Assembly (NCBI GenBank): GCA_963812015.1
Contig: CAWETI010000003.1
Coordinates: 928,001-992,000 of the forward strand
DNA: 64,000 nt
Reading direction: 5' to 3'
Source: an uncultured delta proteobacterium
Lineage (GTDB): Bacteria > Desulfobacterota > Desulfobaccia > Desulfobaccales > 0-14-0-80-60-11
A program made the translations under genes and the position numbers. Position 1 is the first letter of the stretch. Every line of letters starts with the position of its first letter. The notes beneath the pieces are model-generated. The model did no database searches. It was not told where the DNA came from and saw only the letters and a program-made list of their open reading frames with translations. Shown piece after piece: positions 38,478-47,859 of the stretch.

Positions 38478-39281
38478 ATGCGGTTTGAAGACTTAGACGC
38501 CCAAACGCTGGACCAGATCGGGACGCCGGAGGATAATGACAAGGCTCGGTTGCTGGTCGAGAACCATCAGGTCAAGCATGGATACCGCTTGCCTGACCGT
38601 ATGCGGGGCTTGGTATTGGATGGACAACCTTTTCGGGTAGAGGTCAGGATTCAGGATGACCAGCTCACCTATGTGTGCGCCTGCCCCCAGGAAGAAGGCG
38701 AGGCTCTCTGCACCCACGTGCTGGCATTGCTGCGGGCCTGGAACCAGGAACCGGAGAAATTTCTCAGCCAGACAGAACTGAAAGAACGGTTAAAGAAATA
38801 CTCCAAACGGGAACTGGTGGATATTATCCTGGACGTGGCGGACCGGGTGGATGCAGCCCGGGATGTCCTGAAAGAAGAAGATCAGGGTTTGGACGACATT
38901 CTGGAGTCCATTGACCGGGTGATGGAGGAGGTCTCGGATGAGGCCGCTTCCCTGGCCGAGGCCGAGGTTAAGCTCAGGCGCGCCCAGGCCCGGGCCGACC
39001 GGTTGGCCCAGAGCGGCCGCCTGGCGGAAGCCCGCTCCATATATTTCTACCTCCTGGACAATATCCTCAGCCTGGAGGAGAAGTTCAAGAAGGAGCAACT
39101 CTTCTCCCTTGACCTGAAAAAGGAGCTGTTCGAAGAATATTGCCAGTTTATCCACGAGGACCGGCACCTGGAGAAGGAACTGGTCCAGCAGGAAATCGAG
39201 CAACTGGAATCCCGGGCCCCCATCTCCCTGGGGGAACTGGATCTCTCGGAAGTCAAACGGGAACTGGCGTTGCCGGGTTAA
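38478..39281 (+). CDS. SWIM zinc-finger protein
   Basis: CACPQEEGEALCTHVLALL (CxC-xn-CxH) followed by an acidic helical region. Confidence 0.75.
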   Translation: MRFEDLDAQTLDQIGTPEDNDKARLLVENHQVKHGYRLPDRMRGLVLDGQPFRVEVRIQDDQLTYVCACPQEEGEALCTHVLALLRAWNQEPEKFLSQTELKERLKKYSKRELVDIILDVADRVDAARDVLKEEDQGLDDILESIDRVMEEVSDEAASLAEAEVKLRRAQARADRLAQSGRLAEARSIYFYLLDNILSLEEKFKKEQLFSLDLKKELFEEYCQFIHEDRHLEKELVQQEIEQLESRAPISLGELDLSEVKRELALPG

Positions 39282-39364
39282 CCCGGGGCAGGCGATTGCG
39301 GCCGGGAGGGGTTCAGCCCCGTTCCGGCACGGCGCGAAGTCCCAAGATTATCTGACGAACAATC

Positions 39365-40576
39365 TCAAGACCCATCCCCCACCGCGGGGGTGGGTCTTTT
39401 GCTGTCTCCGGCGGCCGACAGCGGCGCCAGGGCCTGGGGGGACAGGATGGTTTTCTGGTAGATGCGCAGCAGCGACAGGAGAAAGGACAGGATCAGGGGC
39501 CCCAGGATAAAGCCGATCATGCCGAAATAGGTGAGACCGCCCAGGATGCTGAACAGGATGAAGATGCTGGGGGTTTCGCTGCTGCCTTTCACCAGGATAG
39601 GCTTCAGGACGTTGTCGATGACGCTAACCACCACTCCGCCCCAAATGATCAGTCCCACTCCGGCGGCGATGCGCCCGGTCATGAGGAGATAAACTGCGGC
39701 GGGCCCCCAGATGATGGTGCTGCCCACCACCGGGATGACCGAGGCCGGGATCATCACCGTGCCCCAGAAGGCCGGCTGGGGCAGCCCGAAGATCAGGAAG
39801 CCCACCCCTCCCAGGGTCCCCTGGGCGAAGGCCACGATCACCGTGCCCCACAGGGTGGCCTTGATGGTCATTTCCGTCTCCCGGAGGATCTCGTCGTTGT
39901 GGACCGCCTCCAGGGGAGATAGTTGCTTGATCGCCGCGATGAAGTCATCGCCCTGGAGGAACATGAAAAAGGCGATGAACAGCACCAGGAGCAGGTCGAA
40001 AAAGAAAATCGAGAAACCCTTGATCAGGCCGATGGCGTTGGTGTAGACAAAGGCGCTGGCCTTGGACACCACCGTCTGGACGATCTGGGCCAGGTTGATA
40101 TCCCCCGGGGGCACCGGCAGGTTGAGGTGGGTCAGGGAGAGCTTGAAGGCGTCGATCTTGGCGGCGACCCAGCTCCAGAGGTGGCCGCTTTGCATGCCCT
40201 TGGTCACCTGGCTGGAAAATTCCAGGGCCTGGGTGGCGATGATGCTCATCAGGCTGAAGAGGGGAATCAGGATCACCAGGAGCAGGATGAGGCAGGTGAG
40301 GGCCGAGGCCAGGGCTTTCCAGCCTCTGAAGAGCCGGGTGAGGGCCTGGTAGAGGGGCTTGGCAGTGAAAAACAGCACCAGGGCCATGAAGATGTCCAGG
40401 AGATAGGGCTTGATGATGAGGTAGGAAAAGTAGAGCACCGCCAGGGTGATGACCCCGAAAAACAGCCGGGCGAACCGGGTGGGAAAGCCTTCCCGGAACT
40501 CCGGGGGAGGGCAGGGGGGGCAGGTCTCCGCCTGGGGCGGGGCGGCGGTCTCCGTCTGGGGCTCTGGTTCTTTCAT
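39365..40576 (-). CDS. AI-2E family transporter
   Basis: Many TM segments; QGTLGGVGF, IPVVGS, IDNVLKP, GGL..FG..GFILGP. Confidence 0.9.
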   Translation of the reverse strand: MKEPEPQTETAAPPQAETCPPCPPPEFREGFPTRFARLFFGVITLAVLYFSYLIIKPYLLDIFMALVLFFTAKPLYQALTRLFRGWKALASALTCLILLLVILIPLFSLMSIIATQALEFSSQVTKGMQSGHLWSWVAAKIDAFKLSLTHLNLPVPPGDINLAQIVQTVVSKASAFVYTNAIGLIKGFSIFFFDLLLVLFIAFFMFLQGDDFIAAIKQLSPLEAVHNDEILRETEMTIKATLWGTVIVAFAQGTLGGVGFLIFGLPQPAFWGTVMIPASVIPVVGSTIIWGPAAVYLLMTGRIAAGVGLIIWGGVVVSVIDNVLKPILVKGSSETPSIFILFSILGGLTYFGMIGFILGPLILSFLLSLLRIYQKTILSPQALAPLSAAGDSKRPTPAVGDGS

Positions 40577-40696
40577 GGCTCACCTACTCGGTGCGGATTC
40601 ACCAGGCACTATAAGGCAAAAAGCGCGGTTTGGAAAGGGGAAAAGGAGAAGAAAGAATCCCCGGCGGCGCCGGCACCCGGCCGGTGCAAAAAAAAA

Positions 40697-40785
40697 GCAC
40701 AGGCTGGAAAGCCTGTGCCACCAGGCAGGGTGGGCATGGCCCACCGTTTCTTAAGGTTAATGATGGCGGGAAGTGCCCGGCCTAC
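40697..40785. repeat. REP cluster downstream of the AT-rich cyclase gene
   Basis: GCACAGGCTGGAAAGCCTGTGCCACC; GCAGGGTGGGCATGGCCCACC; ATGATGGCGGGAAGTGCCCGGCCTAC. Confidence 0.7.
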
Positions 40786-40793
40786 AAAACTAA

Positions 40794-41813
40794 TTATCCA
40801 AAAAATTCTTTCCAAATATCTGGACAATCATTTTTTAGCTTCGACTTGCCTTTGTCATTGGGAAAGATATAATTGCGGTCACCGTCGTGGCCTTCAAAGC
40901 AGTCATAAAATTTACTTAAGTATCTTTCCGTAATGTCACCGGAAAATTCAGCCAAAACCCAGAAATCTGATTGTTTATAATATTCAAATTGTTCTTCAAT
41001 TGTGCCAGCACCAGGATATCTTGTCCTTACGTAAGGCCGCTTATAAGGAGTCGCTTCTGATGCTTCTTCAGAGTCCCAAGCAAGGAAATAAAGTAATATA
41101 ATCCCTGCATATTCAAACCCTATCACGTTTACTTTTGATAGAAAAAATTCTCGATTTGAAATTGCATGAGCTAAATAATATGCAATCTTTAGTGATAAAC
41201 GCAGAGGTGCTGATTGGCGAGGAGCAAAAATAGAAGGTTTGTCAGTATTGAGTCCAATGTGCTCTGGCTTTATATATTGATACACATTAAAAATCTGGCC
41301 ATGTTTACCTTTGGCAGTAAAAGCTTGAAAGCATTTTATGTACTTTTCGCGGTGCCGTAAGGTTTCATAGACTGTTTCTCCAATCAGAATTTGATTTCCA
41401 TCAGCTTTATCCATAACGCGCTGGGCCATGTTTATTCCTGCACCCGCAACACTTGGTTGGCCATTAAAATCGGTAATTAAATTATCAACATTTGAATTAA
41501 TTCCAATTCTTACAGAAAACCGGCGTTTCTCATCTGTGCATTCTAAATTATAAAGTTGCAGACGTTCAAGGATGCCTAAGCCAAGCAGAAGATGAATATC
41601 GTAATCTCTAAATTCAATGAGAGCAATACAAAGGCCATCACCAGTTGGAAGGACTATTAATTGTTCCTTTGGAATAGAATAATGTGAAATAGTATCATTA
41701 ACAATTTTATTCATATTAATAATAATATCTGATTGAGCTTCAGCGCTGCGATCCTTAGTAAAATCAACAACATCTAAAAAAATATATTTTATAGAAGCTG
41801 TTTCTGCATCCAT
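40794..41813 (-). CDS. AT-rich class III nucleotide cyclase domain protein with an unknown C-terminal domain
   Basis: IFLDVVDFT, PTGDG, VRIGIN, AGAGINMAQRVMD, QILIG; strongly AT-rich compared with its flanks. Confidence 0.8.
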   Translation of the reverse strand: MDAETASIKYIFLDVVDFTKDRSAEAQSDIIINMNKIVNDTISHYSIPKEQLIVLPTGDGLCIALIEFRDYDIHLLLGLGILERLQLYNLECTDEKRRFSVRIGINSNVDNLITDFNGQPSVAGAGINMAQRVMDKADGNQILIGETVYETLRHREKYIKCFQAFTAKGKHGQIFNVYQYIKPEHIGLNTDKPSIFAPRQSAPLRLSLKIAYYLAHAISNREFFLSKVNVIGFEYAGIILLYFLAWDSEEASEATPYKRPYVRTRYPGAGTIEEQFEYYKQSDFWVLAEFSGDITERYLSKFYDCFEGHDGDRNYIFPNDKGKSKLKNDCPDIWKEFFG

Positions 41814-41878
41814 AAAAGATGATCCCCTTTAATTGTTAGCCTCAGCCAAGTGCGTAATATTCATTACATGGTTATAAA

Positions 41879-42022
41879 GGCGACCCAGCGGGTCGCCCCT
41901 ACTTATGGGGGTTGGGAGGGGGGTGTGGGGGGAGGGCAGGGATGAAGTCCCTGGCCCTCCCCCCACAAAACATCTGCATTTCGGCAATAATCCCGTAGGG
42001 GCGCTTCGCGAAGCGCCCCTAC
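41879..42022. repeat. REP cluster plus G-rich hairpin upstream of the cyclase gene
   Basis: GGCGACCCAGCGGGTCGCCCCTAC (41879-41902); G-rich hairpin 41906-41970; GTAGGGGCGCTTCGCGAAGCGCCCCTAC (41995-42022). Confidence 0.75.
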
Positions 42023-42031
42023 AATGGTTCT

Positions 42032-44239
42032 TTAACTACACCGTGAAAAGCCGCAACCGTGGCAGACCAGGCAGCCGCCTTCGTGTTCCACGGTGCCGCC
42101 GCAGTCGGGGCAGGAGCCCATGGTGGCCAGGGTGGGGGCCGGGGGGTCCACATCGGCGACGTGGGCCAGGACCTTGGCGATGGCGTCGGCGCAGGACAGC
42201 ACCTGGCTGCCGTTCTGCCAGTTGGAGCTGGGGCAGCGGATGCCGGTGATCTGCTTGATGATGGAGTCGATCTTGACCCCGGAGCGCAGGGCCAGGGAGA
42301 TGAGGCGGCCGGTGGACTCGATCTGGGAGGAGGCGCAGCCCCCGGTCTTGCCCATCTGGGCAAAGACCTCGCAGAAGCCCAGGTTATCCTGGTTGACGGT
42401 GACGTAGAGCTTGCCGCAGCCGGTGGTGATGAGTTCGGTGACCCCGGTGGTGCGTTCGGGGCGGGGGCGAGGGGTGATGTACTTCATCTTGGGCCGGTCG
42501 CCGCCGAAGCTCAAGACCTGTTCCTCCCGGCTGCCGTCCCGGTAGATGGTCACCCCTTTGAGGCCCAGTTCATAGGCCATGAGATAGGCTTCCCGGACGT
42601 CGTCCGGGGAGGCCTGTTTGGGGAAGTTGACCGTCTTGGACACGGCGTTGTCGGTAAATTTCTGGAAGGCCCCCTGGAGGCGGATGTGCCACTGGGGCGA
42701 GACTTCGTGGGCGGTGACGAAGAGGCGGCGCAGGTCCTGGGGAATTTCCTTGAAATCCCGGATGGAGCCGCTCTGGGCGATTTTCTGCATGAGCTCGGGG
42801 GTGTAAAAGCCCCGGCTTTTGGCCAGTTCTTCGAAGTAGGGGTGGACTTCCACCAGTTCGGTGCCTTCCATCACCCGGCGCACGAAGGAGACCGCAAACA
42901 GGGGCTCGATGCCGCTGGAGCAGCCGGAGATGATGCTGATGGTGCCGGTGGGGGCGATGGTGGTGGTGGTGGCGTTGCGCATGCGGCCCAGGCCGTTGCC
43001 GTCGAATTTGCTGCCGGGGTAGGCGGCGAAGTTGCCCCGCTGGTCGGCGAGGTTGGCGGAGGCCAGCCGGGACTCCTGCTGGATGAAGGCCGCCACCTGC
43101 TCGGCCACCGCCACGGCCTCCTCGGAGTTGTAGGGGATCTCCAGCTTCAGGAGCATGTCGGCAAAGCCCATGACCCCCAGGCCGATCTTCCGGGTTTCCC
43201 TGGTCTTCTGCTGGATGATCTCCAGGGGGAAGCGGTTGGCGTCGATGACGTTATCCAGAAAATGCACGGCGGTGTGGACCATGTCGGCCAAGGCCGGGAA
43301 GTCGATCCGGCCGCCCTTGACGATCTGGCCCAGGTTGAGGGAGCCCAGGTTGCAGGACTCGTAGGGCAACAGGGGTTGCTCGCCGCAGGGGTTGGTGGCT
43401 TCGACCTCGCCCAGGTTTGGGACGGTGTTGCCCCGGTTGAGGGCGTCCAGGAAGATGATGCCGGGCTCGCCGGTGGACCAGGCGCTCTGGACGATGAGGT
43501 CGAAGAGCCGGGCGGCGCTCACCTTTTGGACCTCCCGGCCGGTGCGGGGGTTGACCAGGGGGAAGGGTTGGTCGGCCCGGACCGCCTCCATGAAGGCGTC
43601 GGTGAGGCCCACGGAGATATTGAAGTTGGTGAGGCGCTTGGTGTCGTTCTTACAGGTGATGAAGGCTTCGATATCCGGGTGGTCCACCCGGAGGATCCCC
43701 ATGTTGGCGCCCCGGCGGGTGCCGCCCTGCTTGATGGTTTCGGTGGCCACGTCGAAGATGTTCATAAAGGAAATGGGGCCGGAGGCCACCCCCTTGGTGG
43801 AGAGCACCGGGTCGTTGGCGGGGCGGATGCGGGAAAAGGAGAAGCCGGTGCCGCCGCCGGACTTGTGGATGAGGGCCGTCTGCTTCACCGCTTCGAAGAT
43901 GCTTTCGATGTTATCTTCCACCGGCAAGACGAAGCAGGCGGAAAGCTGGCCCAGCTCCCGACCGGCGTTCATCAGGGTGGGGGAGTTGGGCATGAAGCGC
44001 AGCGACGCCATGTGGTCGTAGAACTTGGCGGCGGTGGCGGCCACGTCCGCCTGGGGATCGTAGCGCCGGTCGATTTCGGCGATGGTATCGGCCACCCGGC
44101 GAAACATATCCGGGGCCGCTTCGGTGGCCTCCCCGGCTTCATCCTTCTTCAGGTAGCGTTTCTTCAGCACTACCAAAGCATTGTGGCTTAACGGCAGCTC
44201 CCCGGCGATTTCCCTGATTTCCCCCTGCGGCGGCATCAT
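42032..44239 (-). CDS. nrdJ: Class II (adenosylcobalamin-dependent) ribonucleotide reductase with TSCPD and Zn-ribbon tail
   Basis: PNSPTLMNAG, QLSACFV, GGGTG, RRGANMG, ATNPCGEQPL, CNLGS, TIAPTGT, SKTVN, YRDGSR, TGCGKLYVT, CPDC..CHGC. Confidence 0.95.
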   Translation of the reverse strand: MMPPQGEIREIAGELPLSHNALVVLKKRYLKKDEAGEATEAAPDMFRRVADTIAEIDRRYDPQADVAATAAKFYDHMASLRFMPNSPTLMNAGRELGQLSACFVLPVEDNIESIFEAVKQTALIHKSGGGTGFSFSRIRPANDPVLSTKGVASGPISFMNIFDVATETIKQGGTRRGANMGILRVDHPDIEAFITCKNDTKRLTNFNISVGLTDAFMEAVRADQPFPLVNPRTGREVQKVSAARLFDLIVQSAWSTGEPGIIFLDALNRGNTVPNLGEVEATNPCGEQPLLPYESCNLGSLNLGQIVKGGRIDFPALADMVHTAVHFLDNVIDANRFPLEIIQQKTRETRKIGLGVMGFADMLLKLEIPYNSEEAVAVAEQVAAFIQQESRLASANLADQRGNFAAYPGSKFDGNGLGRMRNATTTTIAPTGTISIISGCSSGIEPLFAVSFVRRVMEGTELVEVHPYFEELAKSRGFYTPELMQKIAQSGSIRDFKEIPQDLRRLFVTAHEVSPQWHIRLQGAFQKFTDNAVSKTVNFPKQASPDDVREAYLMAYELGLKGVTIYRDGSREEQVLSFGGDRPKMKYITPRPRPERTTGVTELITTGCGKLYVTVNQDNLGFCEVFAQMGKTGGCASSQIESTGRLISLALRSGVKIDSIIKQITGIRCPSSNWQNGSQVLSCADAIAKVLAHVADVDPPAPTLATMGSCPDCGGTVEHEGGCLVCHGCGFSRCS

Positions 44240-44279
44240 TTCCTCCTTGAATTTAAGCGGTTGGCGAAATTCCCTTAAA

Positions 44280-44332
44280 TAGCAACATGTTGTATTAATG
44301 GCTATTTTAAAATACTATATATAGGGTGTCAA
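44280..44332 (-). promoter_or_regulatory. sigma70 promoter overlapped by two tandem NrdR boxes
   Basis: Minus strand TTGACA-17-TAAAAT (44332-44304); palindromes TAGCAACATGTTGTAT (44280-44295) and ATACTATATATAGGGT (44312-44327), 32 bp apart. Confidence 0.8.
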
Positions 44333-44688
44333 GAAAATTTTTTGTAAGGTTTAAATTGGCTGAATGAGCTTATAGGTACTATACATATAGATAGTATATA
44401 ATAAGGCGAGAGAAAAAGATAGTTCAGTCCAATCAGTACCCGGGAAAAATGGGAGAAACTGCGTCGATGGGATGGTCGAGCCTAGCGGCATCGAGAACGG
44501 CACCTATCCGGGCCTGAAAAAAATCCGGTCATCAGGCCGTCACCGCCGGGGCCTTACCGGCAGGTTCAGCAAGAATTATCTTGACAGAAAAAGAGAATCA
44601 GATAGAGGAAAAGAACGTCAAACCGGGAGGAGGCGGGCCTGGCCGGGGATAACGGCGCCGACGGCTCTGACCGGCACAGGGGACTGTC

Positions 44689-45780
44689 GTGAAGCAGATG
44701 CGCAAACAAGTGAGGCTCATCCTGGTGCTTGGCCTGGCCCTGGCGCTGGTGGGCAGCGCCCCGGTCCCCGAGGACTCTGCCTCGCCGAAGGCAAAAATCA
44801 GTCTTGCCGCGGTGGGGGATATCATGATGGGGAACGATTTCCCCTGCCCGGAACTGCCCCCGGAGGATGGGAAGTCATTGTTTGAGGAGGCCAAGGCGAT
44901 TTTCACCCAAGCTGATATCGCCTTCGGCAACCTGGAGGGGGTGTTAGGCGCCGGGGGTTGTCCTGCCAAAGATGTGGACAGCAGTAATGTCTATGTCTTC
45001 CGTACCCCCCCCAGATTTGCCGCTAATCTTCACGAGGCCGGCCTCAAAGTGGTCTCTGTGGCGAACAACCATGCGATGGATTTCGGCTATACCGGGAAAT
45101 TATCCACGAAAAGGGCGTTGGATGACGCGGGGATCAAATATTCCGGCCAGGATGGCGAAGTGGCCGAATTCGACCTCAAGGGCGTGCAACTAGGCGTAAT
45201 CGCCCTTGCCTTCGGACCCCCGCCCAGGTCGATTATCCACCCCAAAAGCGCCTTGCGGGAGATCGAGGCCCTCGCCAAAAAATACGACATTTTGGTGGTA
45301 TCCGTCCATTGGGGGAAAGAAGGCAGGTCGGCCCAGCACACCGCGGATAAAAATGAATATTTCCTGGGGGAGGACCGGGGAAACCTGGTGAGGTTTGCGC
45401 ACGAGGCCATTGACCGGGGGGCTGACTTGATTTTGGGCCATGGCCCGCATGTGCCCAGAGCCATGGAGATCTACCAGGGGAAGCTGATTGCCTATAGCCT
45501 GGGAAATTTCTGTACGTATAAGGGGATGAATCTGGTGGATGAAAGGGGCTATGCTCCTTTATTATGGGTGGAGATGAACGAGAAGGGCGACTTTGTAGAG
45601 GGCAGGGTCCACTCATTTATCCAGCCCCGGCCAGGCGGGCCGCAAAAGGACGACCACGGCATGGCCTTCAATCGCATCAAGACCTTGTCTTTGGAGGACT
45701 TTCCGGAAAGCTGTCCACTCTTCGTCGCCCCCGATAAGATTTTGCCGAGCCAGAGCCAAGATAAGCCGCATGACCAGTAG
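44689..45780 (+). CDS. CapA/PgsA family metallophosphoesterase (exported)
   Basis: Signal peptide; AVGDIM, GNLEG, ANNHAMD, SVHWG, GHGPHV, YSLGNF. Confidence 0.88.
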   Translation: MKQMRKQVRLILVLGLALALVGSAPVPEDSASPKAKISLAAVGDIMMGNDFPCPELPPEDGKSLFEEAKAIFTQADIAFGNLEGVLGAGGCPAKDVDSSNVYVFRTPPRFAANLHEAGLKVVSVANNHAMDFGYTGKLSTKRALDDAGIKYSGQDGEVAEFDLKGVQLGVIALAFGPPPRSIIHPKSALREIEALAKKYDILVVSVHWGKEGRSAQHTADKNEYFLGEDRGNLVRFAHEAIDRGADLILGHGPHVPRAMEIYQGKLIAYSLGNFCTYKGMNLVDERGYAPLLWVEMNEKGDFVEGRVHSFIQPRPGGPQKDDHGMAFNRIKTLSLEDFPESCPLFVAPDKILPSQSQDKPHDQ

Positions 45781-45927
45781 CGCCATAACGTTCCTGCCGA
45801 TGGCTGCGGCGAGCCTGGCCGCCGGTTAATCAACCCGGTTTCTCCTCTCAAAGCTACGGCCCGCCAATTCATTTGCCTTTTTCCCCCTGCTGCGGTATAC
45901 ATTACGCGAATACTCACGCACAGATAG

Positions 45928-46920
45928 GTGGTAACGTTGAGCCAGAAGCAAATCGGCATCCTGGGCACCGGGGTGTATCTGCCGGAAGCGGTCCTGACCA
46001 ATGAGGACCTGGAAAAGATTGTGGAGACCACGGCCCAGTGGATCGTGGAGCGCAGCGGCATCCATGAGCGGCGCATTGCCGCCCCCCACGAGAACACCGT
46101 CACCATGGCGGTGGCAGCGGGTCGCCAGGCCCTGCAGGCTGCTGGGATCGAGCCGGAGCAGTTGAGTTACATTGTCCTGGGCACCAATACTCCGGCACAC
46201 TTTTTCCCGGCCGGGGCCATCCAGGTCCAGGAGGAGTTGGGGATAGGCGGGCAGGCCGCGGCCTTCGACCTCCAGGCGGGCTGCTGCGGCTTTAACTACG
46301 CCCTGTATGTGGGGGAGCGCCTGGTGCTCCCGGAAGGCAAATATGCCCTGATCATCGGCAGTGATGTCTGCTCCCGCTTTACGGACTGGACCAACCGGGC
46401 CACCTGCTTGCTGTTCGGCGACGGGGCGGGGGCGGTGGTCATCGGCCCGAGCACCCGGGGCCGCATCCTCAAATCTTTCATCGCCTCCAAACTGAACGAA
46501 AACCTGTTTTGCGAAAGCGAATTTAATAAAGAGGTGAGCCCCTTTCTCCCGCCCCAAACCCAAACCCAGCGCCATTTTCTCCAGATGGACGGCCCGGAGA
46601 TCTTCAAGTTTGCAGTGAACGCGGTGAAAATGTCCATCCCCCGGATTCTGGAAATGGCCGGCATAACCCGGGAAGACATCGATTATCTCATTATTCACCA
46701 AGGGAATTACCGTATCCTGGAGGCCGGGGCCAAGTTCGCCCGGGTGCCCATGGATAAGGTCTTCGTCAATATCAACCGCTACGGCAATACCTCCGCGGCC
46801 TCGGTGCCCATTGCGCTGCATGAAGCCCTGCAGGAGGGCAAGATCAAGCCGGGGGACAAGGTGGTGCTCATCAGTTTTGGAGCCGGGGCCACCTGGGGAG
46901 CGACGCTGCTGGAATGGTAA
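45928..46920 (+). CDS. fabH: 3-oxoacyl-ACP synthase III
   Basis: DLQAGCCGF (Cys), LFGDGAGA, IHQGN (His), YGNTSAAS (Asn), FGAG.TWG. Confidence 0.93.
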   Translation: MVTLSQKQIGILGTGVYLPEAVLTNEDLEKIVETTAQWIVERSGIHERRIAAPHENTVTMAVAAGRQALQAAGIEPEQLSYIVLGTNTPAHFFPAGAIQVQEELGIGGQAAAFDLQAGCCGFNYALYVGERLVLPEGKYALIIGSDVCSRFTDWTNRATCLLFGDGAGAVVIGPSTRGRILKSFIASKLNENLFCESEFNKEVSPFLPPQTQTQRHFLQMDGPEIFKFAVNAVKMSIPRILEMAGITREDIDYLIIHQGNYRILEAGAKFARVPMDKVFVNINRYGNTSAASVPIALHEALQEGKIKPGDKVVLISFGAGATWGATLLEW

Positions 46921-46990
46921 TCAGTCAGTTGCCAGTTACTATCCTGGAGTTCCCGAATCTCAATAAATCTTAACGCCCGGCATGAGGCCA

Positions 46991-47026
46991 AAAAGAAGGG
47001 GCGGGTTATCCCGCCCCTCTTATTTT
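46991..47026. terminator. Bidirectional terminator between convergent genes
   Basis: AAAAGAAGGGGCGGG-TTAT-CCCGCCCCTCTTATTTT. Confidence 0.75.
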
Positions 47027-47111
47027 GCCTAATTATTTTTTTCCGCACCGGACCTGCAAGGTTCACTAACACTCCGGCCGTTAGTCTTTACCTGACCACT
47101 GGCGACTTGCC

Positions 47112-47852
47112 CTACATAATCCGGATCGGGGAGGGCTTTTCGGGCTCGGGTGTGGCCGGAGCCGCCGGCTTTTCCGGTTTTTCCGGCGGTTCGGGCTTAG
47201 CCGGTTTTTCCGGCTTGGCGGGTTTTTCCGGCGCCGGGGCTCCTTCCTCCGCCGGTTTGGTCGGCTTGACCGGTTTAACCGGTTTGGCGGGCTGAGCCTC
47301 CTCAGGCTTTTTCTTTATGGGTGGGGTGGGGGCTTCCCCGGGCTTGGCGGGTTTGGGTTTTTCCACCGCGGGGGGCTTTTCCACCGCCGGGGGTTTCTCC
47401 ACTGCCGGCCTGGCCTCTTTCGGCTTTTCGGGGAGCGGCGGCGGCGTCACCGCTTCGGGCGGGATGGGCGCCGGCGTGACCTCCGGAGCTGCCGCCACCG
47501 GGGTGGGGGAGAGATACCGGGAGTTCACCCAGCCGATGGTGCCATCCCGTTTGACCCGGATCTGGGTCCAATCTTCGGCATCGCCAACTTTTTCCACATC
47601 GGCATTGCGGTCCAGAACCGCGATCTTGGGGCAATCCATTCCCGGGCAGGCCCGGAGATTGAGGCGGTTGACGGCCACATACAACGTGGGTCGGGCCACC
47701 TGGGGCGGGGGCGGCGGGGGCGCCGGAGCATGAGCCGCCGGCGGTATATATACCGGCTTGGGAAACAGGCCTTGACAGCCTGCCAGACATAAGGTCAACC
47801 CCAACCCCACCCACACGGTGCACCAGGATTTATGCATGGCCGCTAACCCCAT
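47112..47852 (-). CDS. SH3-domain lipoprotein with a long Pro/Lys/Glu-rich tail
   Basis: LAGC lipobox; LNLRACPGMDC..VEKVG..WTQIR..GWV; AVEKPP and KPEKP repeats; start 47852 or 47837. Confidence 0.8.
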   Translation of the reverse strand: MGLAAMHKSWCTVWVGLGLTLCLAGCQGLFPKPVYIPPAAHAPAPPPPPPQVARPTLYVAVNRLNLRACPGMDCPKIAVLDRNADVEKVGDAEDWTQIRVKRDGTIGWVNSRYLSPTPVAAAPEVTPAPIPPEAVTPPPLPEKPKEARPAVEKPPAVEKPPAVEKPKPAKPGEAPTPPIKKKPEEAQPAKPVKPVKPTKPAEEGAPAPEKPAKPEKPAKPEPPEKPEKPAAPATPEPEKPSPIRIM

Positions 47853-47859
47853 GGTAGGC

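Noticed and set aside
40794..41813. Complete Pycsar system
   Set aside because: No adjacent TIR or TM effector gene; the neighbours are an AI-2E transporter and nrdJ with host-like composition
42059..44191. 710-aa plus-strand ORF, and similar long antisense ORFs at 55694-57562, 59687-61213, 28670-30127 and 26456-27853
   Set aside because: These are shadow frames opposite well-recognised genes, expected from high-GC codon bias, and show no protein motifs
44240..44470. Cobalamin riboswitch upstream of nrdJ
   Set aside because: No B12-box seen; the region is explained by a sigma70 promoter and NrdR boxes
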